A stretch of 64,000 bases of DNA, taken from the IMG/VR virus record IMGVR_UViG_2565956946_000004; one strand, given 5' to 3'. The notes beneath the pieces are model-generated. The model searched no databases. It saw only the letters and a list, made by a program, of their open reading frames with translations, and was not told where the DNA came from. The translations under genes and the position numbers were made by a program. Positions 1-10,954 of the stretch are shown here, in pieces; positions within the stretch are counted from its first letter, which is position 1, and each line of letters starts with the position of its first letter. Origin of the DNA: an uncultured virus (IMG/VR IMGVR_UViG_2565956946_000004). Lineage: Duplodnaviria; Heunggongvirae; Uroviricota; Caudoviricetes.

Positions 1-820
1 GGCACTGTTGCAAAGTTAGCGATGAGGCAGCCTTTTGTCTTATTCAAAGGCCTTACATTTCAAAAACTCTGCTTACCAGGCGCATTTCGCCCAGGGGATC
101 ACCATAATAAAATGCTGAGGCCTGGCCTTTGCGTAGTGCACGCATCACCTCAATACCTTTGATGGTGGCGTAAGCCGTCTTCATGGATTTAAATCCCAGC
201 GTGGCGCCGATTATCCGTTTCAGTTTGCCATGATCGCATTCAATCACGTTGTTCCGGTACTTAATCTGTCGGTGTTCAACGTCAGACGGGCACCGGCCTT
301 CGCGTTTGAGCAGAGCAAGCGCGCGACCATAGGCGGGCGCTTTATCCGTGTTGATGAATCGCGGGATCTGCCACTTCTTCACGTTGTTGAGGATTTTACC
401 CAGAAACCGGTATGCAGCTTTGCTGTTACGACGGGAGGAGAGATAAAAATCGACAGTGCGGCCCCGGCTGTCGACGGCCCGGTACAGATACGCCCAGCGG
501 CCATTGACCTTCACGTAGGTTTCATCCATGTGCCACGGGCAAAGATCGGAAGGGTTACGCCAGTACCAGCGCAGCCGTTTTTCCATTTCAGGCGCATAAC
601 GCTGAACCCAGCGGTAAATCGTGGAGTGATCGACATTCACTCCGCGTTCAGCCAGCATCTCCTGCAGCTCACGGTAACTGATGCCGTATTTGCAGTACCA
701 GCGTACGGCCCACAGAATGATGTCACGCTGAAAATGCCGGCCTTTGAATGGGTTCATGTGCAGCTCCATCAGCAAAAGGGGATGATAAGTTTATCACCAC
801 CGACTATTTGCAACAGTGCC
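1..820 (-). mobile_element. IS26: IS26 (IS6 family), complete, 820 bp
   Basis: 14-bp terminal inverted repeats GGCACTGTTGCAAA (1-14) and TTTGCAACAGTGCC (807-820); encodes the recognisable Tnp26 sequence. Confidence 0.98.
53..757 (-). CDS. tnpA: IS26 DDE transposase Tnp26 (234 aa from MNPFKGRHF; G184 form)
   Basis: Protein MNPFKGRHFQRDIILWAVRWYCKY...VSRVFEM with DDE residues (MDET, NTDK, IECD). Confidence 0.97.
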   Translation of the reverse strand: MNPFKGRHFQRDIILWAVRWYCKYGISYRELQEMLAERGVNVDHSTIYRWVQRYAPEMEKRLRWYWRNPSDLCPWHMDETYVKVNGRWAYLYRAVDSRGRTVDFYLSSRRNSKAAYRFLGKILNNVKKWQIPRFINTDKAPAYGRALALLKREGRCPSDVEHRQIKYRNNVIECDHGKLKRIIGATLGFKSMKTAYATIKGIEVMRALRKGQASAFYYGDPLGEMRLVSRVFEM

Positions 821-821
821 A

Positions 822-908
822 CCTAACGCATACCCAATGTCTGCGGGGAACTTAATTGAACTCGCCGCAGAATACAGCGTTTGTGGCTATGAAATTAAAG
901 GAGAGTAA
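822..908 (+). pseudogene. 3' remnant of a virion (tail-completion/neck region) gene truncated by IS26
   Basis: Open frame PNAYPMSAGNLIELAAEYSVCGYEIKGE* runs from the IS26 end to a TAA abutting the next ATG; no start of its own; lies in the head-tail gene block. Confidence 0.55.
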
Positions 909-1409
909 ATGTTCAAAAAGGGAAATTTTGGAAGACTGCGAGCAAGACTGGAAGCTCTTTCAGAAGTGCCCGAAAAAGTAGCTGCAACAACCTTGCGTGA
1001 CTGTGCCTACAAGGTAAAAGAAACCGCCATCAATATGACACCAATTGACGAGGGCGACCTTCGACGTTCAATTAAGGTGCGTCGAATTGGCGGTGGTACA
1101 AATAAATTGGGGCAATTTAGTCGAGGGCAATCCAGATGGGAGGTGTATGTCAACATGTCCCAACCTACAAGCGGCGGTAAAAAAGAAGCTTTTGTGGGGG
1201 AATATGCTTGGTTAATACACGAACACATGGGCTGGGGAAATGTGCGCATGTCAATCATGCCTTCGGAACGATCAGTGGCGGCGGGGTTAGCAAATGGAGT
1301 TCATGCCGGCGGGCGCTTCATGGATAGAGCGCTCATGTACCACGCCAAAGAGATTCAGAAGGATATTCGCGCACAAGTTCTTAGAGAAATCAAGAAACTG
1401 GACAAATAA
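909..1409 (+). CDS. HK97 gp10-like tail-completion/neck protein
   Basis: TPIDEGDLRRSI motif, YAWLIHE, GRFMDRAL; upstream of tail tube; RBS GGAG. Confidence 0.7.
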   Translation: MFKKGNFGRLRARLEALSEVPEKVAATTLRDCAYKVKETAINMTPIDEGDLRRSIKVRRIGGGTNKLGQFSRGQSRWEVYVNMSQPTSGGKKEAFVGEYAWLIHEHMGWGNVRMSIMPSERSVAAGLANGVHAGGRFMDRALMYHAKEIQKDIRAQVLREIKKLDK

Positions 1410-1435
1410 CCCCCTCTATGATAGATTGCCAAAAA

Positions 1436-1453
1436 TCAGTCATGGATGACTGA
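1436..1453. promoter_or_regulatory. Palindromic operator-like site TCAGTCA-TGGA-TGACTGA
   Basis: Perfect 7-bp arms, just downstream of a TATGAT -10-like box and upstream of the tail tube RBS. Confidence 0.8.
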
Positions 1454-1478
1454 ATATGCCTTTGCAAAGGAGATGACA

Positions 1479-2006
1479 ATGGCAAGCGATGTTAAAAACG
1501 TCAAGCTTGGTGTTTGTAAAATCATGTTCGATGGAGTGGACTTAGGTTTTACAAAAGGCGGCGTTGACGTAACTGTCTCAACTGAAACCCACAAGGTTCA
1601 AGTTGACCAGTTTGGCCAAACACCAATCAATGAATACATTCTCGGTCGTACCGTAGTTGTAAAAGCCCCTCTCGCAGAAACCACTTTGGAAAACTTGGTA
1701 AAAATCATGCCTGGTGCCACTTTGGTTACTGACGCTCAAACCCCTGCTAAAAAACGCGTAGATGTTCCTACTGGCGTTGGTATCAACTTGCTCGACTTCG
1801 CAAAAGAATTGGTATTGCACCCAATTGGCAAGCCTGATACCGACAAATCTGACGACTTTGTTGTTAAACGTGCGGCAACTGCTGGCGCATTGGATTTCGG
1901 CTACAAGCTGGAAGATGAGCGTTTGTTTAACACTGAGTTCAACGCGTATCCAGACGAGAACGGCAAACTGTTCTCTATTGGTGATCCGGCAGCTGGTAAG
2001 GCTTAA
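1479..2006 (+). CDS. Major tail tube protein
   Basis: LGFTKGGVDVTV and VDQFGQTPI motifs typical of siphovirus tube proteins; RBS AAGGAG 6 nt before ATG 1479; precedes chaperone and tape measure. Confidence 0.8.
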   Translation: MASDVKNVKLGVCKIMFDGVDLGFTKGGVDVTVSTETHKVQVDQFGQTPINEYILGRTVVVKAPLAETTLENLVKIMPGATLVTDAQTPAKKRVDVPTGVGINLLDFAKELVLHPIGKPDTDKSDDFVVKRAATAGALDFGYKLEDERLFNTEFNAYPDENGKLFSIGDPAAGKA

Positions 2007-2010
2007 TTTA

Positions 2011-2036
2011 TAAATCAGTCATTACTGACTGATTTA
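2011..2036. promoter_or_regulatory. Operator-like palindrome TAAATCAGTCA-TTAC-TGACTGATTTA
   Basis: 11-bp perfect inverted arms containing the recurrent motif. Confidence 0.85.
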
Positions 2037-2049
2037 ACAACCTCCTAAC

Positions 2050-2074
2050 AGCCCTGTCATTCGCAGGGCTTTCT
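2050..2074 (+). terminator. Possible intrinsic terminator after tail tube gene
   Basis: AGCCCTG...CAGGGCT stem followed by TTCT. Confidence 0.45.
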
Positions 2075-2094
2075 CAGATTCGAGACGCGCAAAA

Positions 2095-2418
2095 ATGAAA
2101 TTATTAAACATTGAAAACATCTCAGTTAAAAGTGATCGATTTATCGAAATCGCTGGCAAAAAACATGAACTCAAAATCATGAGCGTTGGGGAATTTACTC
2201 AATTCGTCAAAGATGCTCGTGAAATTGCAGCTTCGCGTGACCCTCTTCGTGAACTTGAATTTGCCATCAAAGTTGTTAGCTCTGCCCTTCCAGACGTTCC
2301 TGTTGAGGAAATCGAAAAGCTTCAACTTCCTCAACTTCAAGCAATTGTTGCGTTTGTTAGCGGACAAGACAATGACTCTGAAGAGGCTGATGAGGCGGCA
2401 GACAAAGAGGGAAAGTAA
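2095..2418 (+). CDS. Tail assembly chaperone (gpG-like)
   Basis: Between tube and tape measure; ends in G-GGA-AAG-TAA slippery site. Confidence 0.8.
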   Translation: MKLLNIENISVKSDRFIEIAGKKHELKIMSVGEFTQFVKDAREIAASRDPLRELEFAIKVVSSALPDVPVEEIEKLQLPQLQAIVAFVSGQDNDSEEADEAADKEGK

Positions 2419-2753
2419 GTGCCTCTGCGCCAAAGCTTGAATCTTTAGATTTTGGATTCCTGTTTTGTCGCGTAATGCATTTTTACTCAGAAACCTATCA
2501 ATCTCTACTCGCTATGCCAATCAAAACATTTTGGTTGCTTAGCAACAGTGTTGAACGGATCGAGGCTCAAAGAGATCTCCGACACTTAAAAATTGCGCTG
2601 GCAGGAAGCATGGGCGCAACTCAAGAGGGCATTGAGAACCTAATGGAGTCTCTTAGAAAGGAAGTTGGCGAAGTAATCAAGGGAGATAACAACCCAATTT
2701 TAAACACCGAAAGAGACGAAGCTGGATTCGAAGCGCTCCGAAATATGACATAA
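2409..2753 (+). CDS. gpT-like segment of the G-T chaperone fusion reached by -1 ribosomal frameshift
   Basis: GGGAAAG at 2409-2415; the -1 frame is open (GKVSASAPKLESLDFGFLFCRVMHFY...) and continuous with ORF 2475-2753. Confidence 0.8.
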   Translation, partial: GKVSASAPKLESLDFGFLFCRVMHFYSETYQSLLAMPIKTFWLLSNSVERIEAQRDLRHLKIALAGSMGATQEGIENLMESLRKEVGEVIKGDNNPILNTERDEAGFEALRNMT

Positions 2754-2769
2754 GGATGGTTAAACACAC

Positions 2770-5700
2770 ATGATCGGCGGCGGCGAAGTTAAAAACAGCC
2801 TCACGTTAGATGCATCGCAATTTGATTCCGCAATTGAGCAAGCCACCAAAAAGGCAATCGCGCTTGAGAAGGAATTAGACAACCTCGGTAAACAGTCAAC
2901 TAAGCTCGATTCAAAACTTGCTGATACAAAGCAGGGGATGGTCGAGCTTAATCGTCGTTTTAGCGATGCTGAAAAAACACTAGGCACCACAAGCAAAACA
3001 TTTACTGATGCTCAAAAGAAAGTTGGCGAAACTACCAAGAACGTCGACTTGCTTTCGCGCAAGCTTGAAAAGCTGACAGGTGCGGCTACTCAGCAAAAAA
3101 GCGCCATCACTTCCCTTAAAGAACTCACCGACCATTACGGCAATACCATTGATGGTCTAAACCCCGTACTTGATCGCGTTCGTAAAACCGAAGAGCGACT
3201 AGGCAAGTCTCGCATCAAACATGCTGGCGAAGGGGCGGAAAAGGAAAAAACACGTTGGCTTGAGCGTCGCCGCATTCTCGCTGAGGAAGAGCAGGCAAAC
3301 CAACAGTCCTTAAAATCTCGCGAGCAGCTTTATAAGCAATACGAAGCCCTAGAGCGCAAGTTAGAGACTGTTAAGCGCAATGCCACTAGCCAAGCTAATA
3401 AATTCGCCACAGCGACAACTGAGCGCGGTTTAGCGGCATATAAAAACCATTCCGGCAAAGCAAACGCTGCGGAAGAGCAATTAACAACCCTTCGCCAAAC
3501 CAAGCTCGCAATTGAACAGTCTGTTTCCATGTTGCGGGAGCGGAACAAAGAGCTTAAAAACGCAATCAAAATCACTGATGATGGCTTGCGTCTGGAACGC
3601 CAAGAGCGTGATGTTTTAAAAGAACAAAATGACTTAGCCAAAAAACGCAATGATACAGAGCGCGAACGCATTCGTGCTATTAAGGACGTCGAAAAGGCCG
3701 AACGTGGATTGGCCGCCCTTAAAGATCGTGAATCAAAACAACAGATCGCCAACTCCAAACAGGAACAAAGAGCGGCTGAATTAAAGATCAAAGCAGAAGA
3801 GCGCGATTTAAATCGGCTTTAACGCTTAAAGGAGCGTAACCACCAAGCGGAACTAGCGCGTCGACGCCGCGAAGCTGCTGAAATCAACCGCGCGAATGCC
3901 GAAGCGGCCGCAGCGGTAACTGCTGTTGGAGCTGGCGCGGCAACCGTTGCGGGTGTACATGAAGCGGCGAGTTATCAAGATGTCGAAGATCGCGTTCGCA
4001 TGCTTAACTTATCTCCTGAAGAGTTTAATCGCTTCAAGGAGAAGTCATGGGATTTGGCAAGTACTGAAAAATACTTATCCAGAACCGCAGCAATGCAAAC
4101 CCGTCTCGATGCTCTGACGGCAATTGGCTACAACAAAGAGCCAACGATCGACAAAACCATATCGAGCGCTTCTCGAAATGCATATCTTTTGCGTTCTTTG
4201 GGTTATGAAAACGGCACACATTCAGACGTCGTAAAAAATCTATATGGTTTTGCCGAAGCAAGGCAGGTGATGGATGACCCTAACGAAGTCAATAAGTCAT
4301 TTGATATTGCCCGCAGAATGGCCGTTGCTTCAGGCGGCAAAATCAAGATGGCCGACATTGAGACGGTGGCCCGTAATATTGGTGATTTGCGCCAAACCAT
4401 GTCTTCTGAAGGGTGGATTAGACTCGCCGCAGTAATGGAGCAGTTTAAGACAGCTGGCGGCGGAAACGGTGGCGGTGGTGGCGTTTCCTCAGTTGGTACC
4501 ATCTTTAAAATGATGAGCCTTTATGCATCAGGCAAGCCAATAACCAACACGGCGGCTCTCAATTTGCTTGGTGCGGACGTTATGAACGACGCATTCGCCG
4601 ATGGTACGTCGCAACAATTCCAGAACTCGCGAGAAATTCAAGGCGCAATGATGAAAGCTGTGAAAACAGCTGGCTTCAAAGACGTCAAGGAAATGTCGAA
4701 GGACCCTATCAAGTTCTTTGCTGGATTGCGTGGTCAATTGCTCGATTACATGATGCAAGACGCACAGTTCAAGAAGTTCTTTGGTGCAAATACGCCTAAG
4801 CATAGCTACAACGCCGAAGGGCGAATGATCGGTGCAAATGGTCAGCTGGTAGATCAGCGCACACAAGATGACATTGAAAACGCAGCATTTAAGCGTTTCT
4901 TTGCACAGTCGGGCATGTCCAACAAAACCATTGACGGTATGTTGTTGACCATGAACCGCAGTTTTGTGGAGCGTTCAAACCACGCAGCTGAAACAGCAAT
5001 GGGATCTCAAGGCGAACTTGAGGCGATGCAAAATCTAACCGAGAACTGGAATGCCAACATGGACATTCTAAAAGCTTCTTTGGCTGATTTTGCTGTCACC
5101 TTTGAGCCTCTTCTTGCTAAGTTAGCCGAAGTTCCTAAGTTCTTTGCAAGCATCATTCGCTCATTCAGTGAATTTGGTAAGGACAATCCAACTCTAGCCA
5201 CGCTTTCTTTGATGACGGTAGGGTTTGGCCTGCTCAAAGTTACTATTATGGCAACGCTCTCGCCTATTCGAATGTTATTGGGTGTGTTGGGGTTGATGCC
5301 TAAATCTTTGGGGAACATTGTTTCTTCAATGAAAAACTTAGGGACGGCATCAGGGGCGGCCAAAACCTCAATCAACGCAACCAAAGATACTGTCGGAAAA
5401 GCCGCATCTGAATTTACATCCTTCGGCACAACAGCTGAAAAATCCGCAGAACGCGCCAATGCAGGCGTAAAAGGATTTGCAGGCAAGCTATCTGGCCACT
5501 TGGGTTCAGTTAAGGTATTTGCTGGGGGCGCACTTCGCCTATTGGGTTCTGTGGTCAATTGGGCTGGTTGGCTCATCTTGGCGGGGCAATTTGGTTGGGC
5601 GATTGGTAAGTGGATCGGCTCGCTCAAAGTGGGGGGAACAGAAATTAACACCCACATCCAAAATATTGTCAATGACATCGTGTCCAATTGGGATTTGATG

Positions 5701-8514
5701 ATCAACTCTCTTAAAGGCGCTTGGCTATCCTTTAAAGAGTTCTTTACAGGTGAGCAATTACAGGCCCGCGCTGAAATTCAAGAAACGCGCCGTCAGATTA
5801 AGGAGCAGCAAGAGCGTCTTCATGTAGTTACGGAAGGCGAAAAGCAAGAAAAGGTTAATAACATCTCAACCGAAGTAACCAAGCGTTACGCGAATTTGCT
5901 TAAAGGTGCAAAAGTTGGCGATACGGTTAAGGGAGTTAAAGTTACCGATAGCGTCAAGAACTGGGCTAACGCTTACGAGTACAGCCAATCTGGGGCTCGT
6001 TATGGCCATACTGACGTCAAAGCCCCACGTATGCCTTATGAAGTTAAGGTTCAATACGACAAAGCGATGGGGCATGTCAAAAAGAACTATGGCTTAACTT
6101 CGGACGAACAGAAGAAAACATCTGCAACTACTGACAAAGACAACCACACTTCAGCTACCCCAGCTGGCTTCATGCCGGGAACTGGTAATCACGATATTAG
6201 CTCTCCAACGCTTGCTACCAAGCCTAAAAAAGATCGAGGCTCTGGTGGTTCAACTCGTGACTTTGAAAGCAAAGTCATGGGGGTTAATGAAGGTCTGTTA
6301 GCTAAAATTGCGGAGCTGAATGTTCTTGATGATTCAGTTTTGGAAAAAGGTGCGCCAGATTACTACAAACTCGCCAAGCTTTCATTTATCAAAGAGTGGA
6401 TGCAAGGCAACTTTGACGATGGCAGAAACCCTAAGAATCGCCCATTTGCTAACCGCAGCTACCAAAAAGGGCGCGTATGGAAGCAAGAGGATATTGACTG
6501 GAACGCCGTAGATCCAAAAACAGGTATTTCAGTTGAGCAGATTCTCAAAAACATGGCTCAAGTTCGTCAGCTTGAAGACATGCATAAGTCGGTTCAATTT
6601 GCGGTTTCTAAATCAGCAAATGCAAATGAGAACTTCAAAGACTCACTCGAAGATGCAACAAATGACATAGACAATCAAAGTGATGCTTTGGCTGCATTAC
6701 GTCGTGAATTTGCGCGATTTGAAGCGAAGAATCCGTTCGCATACGGCGACCCTAATTACGTTTCAAATAAAAATGCATCTATCGCAATGCAAACAGCTTC
6801 AGATTATTTGGGTTACGCGAAAAAGGCGAAAAACTCAAACTCCGAAGATTCATCTGTATTTGTCGACAATGAATACGCGCGAAACCAACAAGCGGTAAAT
6901 AAAAAGTATGACGACCTGATCAAGCCATACAAGTTGATTCAATCTCAACTTGACGAGCAGATCGCCTCTTTAGACGCCGTACAGCAACGCACTCAAGAAC
7001 AAGAGGACTTGTATGCGAAGTTATTGCAGACACGCAAAGACTTTGAAGAAGAGTTTTCAGAGTTTTACCGCATTCAAGAGGAAAAGCGCCGCCGTGAGCT
7101 AATGTCCACCTATGATCAGGCAATGATCAAATGGCGGGATTACGAAACCACATATCGTCAAACCATTTCAGATCTTGGCGTTGAAATGTCGGATGGCATT
7201 TTTAATAAGTTCCTGAAAGGCGATGACGTCTCCCTAAGCGGCATCTTGTCTGAGAGCGCATCTAAAATTTCACAAGGCGCTTTCCGCTACGTGTGGCAAG
7301 ACATGTCTAAACGCGCGCTTGGTGATGGCGCTAATACCGACCTTTACTCAATGGGCAAATCCTTACTCAAAGGCGAGGCCGTTGATGAAAGTGGATTTGT
7401 TGGAAAGTGGCTAAACAAAATCCGTGGTTTGACTGGGGTGGCGTCAAGTGACTCTTCAGCAGACTCGGCGGAGGCTTCTAACACAATCGCGGTAAATGCC
7501 AACACCGCAGCAATTCAAAACCTCACAGCAGCACTCCGTGGCCAAAGCATTTCTAGTGTCATTGGTGGTGTTGCATCATCAGTTGGTGGTGAAGACCTAA
7601 CAACCTTCGCAAGCGCAGTACTAGGGCCTGAAAATGTTGGGGCTATTGATTATGTCAATGGTTCTGGTGGCTTCCTTGACCATCTAGCCGGCGGGTTTGA
7701 AGGTGGTGCCGGTATGGACCCTAACTTACCTAGCTTCCTCAACGGCGGATTGATGGATAAAAGCGTTGGGGGTTCGCTAGAAGGCGCAGAAGGTGGAGTG
7801 CTTGGTGGTCTGTTTGCGCAGATCAAATCTGGCTTCATGGACATCTTCGGACAGGGAGCGGGTGGCGGCATCTTCTCAACAATCAAGTCGGGCTTCTCTA
7901 ATTTATTCAGCAACGGCAGTGGCTTAATGAGTTCTATCGGCAGTGCATTTAGCAGCTTGTTCGGTGGAGGCGCTGGCGGTGGTGGAATTTTTAGCAGCCT
8001 AGCAAGTGCCATTAGTGGTTTGTTTAGCGGTGGCGGTGGAGCTGGCGGAGGTATGGGAGGTGCTGGTGGCTGGATTGGTGCGGCTGCATCTATCGCTTCC
8101 TCTTTCTTTGCTAACGGTGGCGCTTTTGGCGCTGGTACACATGCTTTTGCTAACGGCGGGGCATTTACCAATGGGATTTACGATTCACCAACCTACTTCA
8201 AGTTTGCCAAAGGCGGCGGATTTGCAAACGGCGTAATGGGAGAAGCTGGGCCAGAAGCGGTCATGCCATTGCAACGTGATTCTTCAGGACGTTTAGGGGT
8301 TGCTCTAAACGGAGGCGCGCCAGTTGGTGGGGGCACGGTTGTAAGCATCAACATTGAAGTCAACAACAATGGAGATACAACAACAGAAAGCTCAAAAGGC
8401 GGAGACAACGAATCCAACTGGAAAGACTTGTCTAACAGAGTCAAGTCATTAGTTCAGGAAGAGATCGTGAAGCAAAAACGACCAGGCGGTATGTTGCGTT
8501 CAACAAACCAGTAA
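2770..8514 (+). pseudogene. Tail tape measure protein (~1914 codons) interrupted by an in-frame TAA at 3820-3822
   Basis: ORFs 2770-3822 and 4000-8514 share a frame, and 3823-3999 is stop-free coiled-coil-like sequence; N-terminal LTLDASQF and C-terminal FANGG/GEAGPEAVMPL tape-measure motifs. Confidence 0.85.
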
Positions 8515-8530
8515 AAATCAATCAAAAAAA

Positions 8531-8548
8531 TCAGTCAGGACTGACTTA
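8531..8548. promoter_or_regulatory. Operator-like site TCAGTCA-GGAC-TGACTTA
   Basis: Recurrent motif immediately before the gpM-like start codon. Confidence 0.8.
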
Positions 8549-8550
8549 CT

Positions 8551-8880
8551 ATGCTAAAATTTGAATGGAGTCCAGATTTAGGCTGTGAGCGGGATGAAAC
8601 CCCGCTCGTTACAGTCACGAAATTTGGCGATGGATATGAAGCAAGACTGGCAACAGGAATTAACTCCCAACCGAATAAATGGACTGTCACGTTCACGAAG
8701 AACTTAGACGAGTACCGAAAAATTCGGGCTTTCCTTAAACAGCATGGAGCAGTTAAGGCGTTTGAGTGGGTTGATCCAGAAGGCGAATTAGGACGATACG
8801 TCTGCCGGTCTTGGAAAAGTAAACAAGTCGGGTTCGGAGTACTTCAGATAACGGGGGTATTCGAACAGGTATTTGAGTAA
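8551..8880 (+). CDS. Lambda gpM-like minor (distal) tail protein
   Basis: KFGDGYEAR, FLKQHGAVKAFEWVDP, FEQVFE motifs. Confidence 0.88.
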   Translation: MLKFEWSPDLGCERDETPLVTVTKFGDGYEARLATGINSQPNKWTVTFTKNLDEYRKIRAFLKQHGAVKAFEWVDPEGELGRYVCRSWKSKQVGFGVLQITGVFEQVFE

Positions 8881-8888
8881 GGACACTC

Positions 8889-9599
8889 GTGAACATTCCA
8901 GTTGTAAACATTCAGACGGAGATTCAATCGCTTTCTCCGTCAGCTTTGGTGGAGTTGTTTGTAATCGACACCACAATGTTTGAAAACGGCTCAATTATGC
9001 GTTTCCACTCAGGAATCGCGCAGGGCTATCAAGACATCGTTTGGCAAGGCTTGAATTACAAGCCTATGCCAATCGAAAGCAGCGGTTTTGACAAGACAGC
9101 TCAAGGCACTTTGCCACGCCCTAAGCTAAAAATTGCCAATGTGGGCGGTTTGTTCTCGGCTATGGTCATCCAAATGGACGATCTGGTGGGCGCTCGAATC
9201 ACTCGCAAACGAACTTTTGCTCGCTATCTTGATGCTGTCAATTTCCGCAACGGCAATCCAGAAGAGAACCCCGACCAACATTTACCAGACGAAATGTGGC
9301 TGGTTGATCGTAAAGCTACCGAAACCAAAGATGTCATCGAATGGGAGCTGGCTTCAGCATTTGATTTCGACGGCATCAAACTGCCTTATCGACAAGTTCT
9401 AAAGAACTCATGCGCATGGCGGTATCGAGGCCCTGAATGTGGCTACTCAGGTGGCTATTACGACGAGTTTGACCAGCCTACAAACGACATCAATAAGGAC
9501 TGTTGCCCAAAGCGGTTTACGTCCTGCAAAGCCCGACAAGGTAGTGATGTTGTTTTGACGTTTGGTGGAATGCCGGGGGTTCAACGTGGCGACGATTAA
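8889..9599 (+). CDS. Lambda gpL-like minor tail protein
   Basis: LVELFVID, PRPKLKIAN, RKRTFARYLDAVNF, C-terminal Cys cluster (CAWRYRGPECGY...CCPKRFTSC). Confidence 0.92.
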   Translation: MNIPVVNIQTEIQSLSPSALVELFVIDTTMFENGSIMRFHSGIAQGYQDIVWQGLNYKPMPIESSGFDKTAQGTLPRPKLKIANVGGLFSAMVIQMDDLVGARITRKRTFARYLDAVNFRNGNPEENPDQHLPDEMWLVDRKATETKDVIEWELASAFDFDGIKLPYRQVLKNSCAWRYRGPECGYSGGYYDEFDQPTNDINKDCCPKRFTSCKARQGSDVVLTFGGMPGVQRGDD

Positions 9600-10344
9600 T
9601 CCTAAAGCTCGTCAGTCTGTTGCTGCCCGAATCCGTGAAATTGCTGAGCTTCGTTACCCATACGAAGCTTGCGGCTTCATTGTGGGGGTGGGCAAGAAGA
9701 CTCTCGTTATCGAAAAGCAAAATGAAGCACACAACAAACGCACTAACTTCTTAATGAATCCCGGCGCTTGGGCTGAAGCGGAGCAAGAAGGTGAGCTTTT
9801 AGGCGTTTGGCATACCCATGTTGAAGAGCCGGCACGACCAACACCAGCAGATTTAGCTGCGTGCGAAGAAAGTGAATTGCCGTGGTTCTTGATGGGCATT
9901 TATAAGCGCTCAGACTGCTTTGAATTTTCCGATCTTATTTACTTTGAGCCGACTGGATACCAACAACCTTACGTTGGTCGTCCATATGTGTACGGCACGT
10001 TTGATTGCTGGTCACTCGTTGTTGATTACCTTAAACGCGAATTAAACATTGAGATCAGCAACAACTATCCACGACTTGAAAACTTTTGGCTCAAGGATGA
10101 GACAAATTTTTTCGACACCCACTTCGCCAATGAAGGTCTTTTCGAAATCGAAGGAGAGCTTCAAAAGGGCGATGTTTTGATGTTTCAAACGGACGCCAGC
10201 GGTCACGCAAACCATGTCGGCGTCTACATTGGAAACAATCAATTTCTTCATCACGTTCAAGGTCGCTTATCAACCATTGATACCTACGGCGGCTATTGGG
10301 AAAAGCACACCATCAGACGATTGAGACACGTAAATGCTAGTTAG
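9586..10344 (+). CDS. Lambda gpK-like tail assembly protein (JAB/MPN + NlpC/P60)
   Basis: EACG, HTH..PTPADL JAB motif; DCWSLV and HVGVY NlpC/P60 motifs; GTG start at 9586 inferred from RBS. Confidence 0.88.
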   Translation: MATINPKARQSVAARIREIAELRYPYEACGFIVGVGKKTLVIEKQNEAHNKRTNFLMNPGAWAEAEQEGELLGVWHTHVEEPARPTPADLAACEESELPWFLMGIYKRSDCFEFSDLIYFEPTGYQQPYVGRPYVYGTFDCWSLVVDYLKRELNIEISNNYPRLENFWLKDETNFFDTHFANEGLFEIEGELQKGDVLMFQTDASGHANHVGVYIGNNQFLHHVQGRLSTIDTYGGYWEKHTIRRLRHVNAS

Positions 10345-10954
10345 CGTTCATCTTCATGGCCCAATGGGCAAGGAGTTTGGCAAGGAATGGAACCTAGCTA
10401 TCAAAACTCCACGCGAAGCATTAGCTCTCATTGATGCAAACACAGGACGTTTGTTTCATTGGATGCGAGCAAATCTTCAAAAGTACAAAAACTACCGAGT
10501 GTTTTGCATCTTCAAGAACGGCAAAAAGGAATTTTTGACGAAAGACACTTTGCTCTCGGCAAACAACATTCAATCCGTTCACTTCGCTCCTGTCGTTACG
10601 GGTTCAGGTAAGTGGGGAAAAATCATCGCCGGTGTGGTTTTGATGGTCGCTTCCTACTGGCTTGGCCCAATGGCGTTCCAAGCCGGACTTGCGCTTGTTA
10701 TGAGCGGGGGAAGTGAGCTTCTAGCTCCGAAGGTCAAAACTGGCTCAACCAGAACCTCTCATTACTTTCAAGGCGCCACCAATACGGTGCAGCAAGGCGA
10801 CCCCGTTCCTTTGATTTACGGACGAATCAAAACGGGTGCTTCGCCTATTTCCGTACGCATGACTGTCAACGAATTGTCAGCTTTTACAACCACTCAAACG
10901 AATCAAGTAAAAGGGTTTTTGCATGGAAGCAGTAACCAACCTACAAACTATTAA
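10334..10954 (+). CDS. Lambda gpI-like tail assembly protein
   Basis: VHLHGPMGKEFG N-terminus; NTVQQGDPVPLIYG motif. Confidence 0.88.
   Translation: MLVSVHLHGPMGKEFGKEWNLAIKTPREALALIDANTGRLFHWMRANLQKYKNYRVFCIFKNGKKEFLTKDTLLSANNIQSVHFAPVVTGSGKWGKIIAGVVLMVASYWLGPMAFQAGLALVMSGGSELLAPKVKTGSTRTSHYFQGATNTVQQGDPVPLIYGRIKTGASPISVRMTVNELSAFTTTQTNQVKGFLHGSSNQPTNY

Noticed and set aside
230..826. 198-aa plus-strand ORF
   Set aside because: Antisense shadow of the IS26 transposase
3820..3822. Genetic-code reassignment or programmed readthrough at the tape-measure TAA
   Set aside because: TAA is the normal stop for many genes here and no other gene shows internal stops; a point mutation or sequencing error is simpler
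5007..8444. Long minus-strand ORFs (232, 173 aa etc.) within the tape measure gene
   Set aside because: Antisense shadows of Gly/Ala-rich coding sequence, with no recognisable motifs
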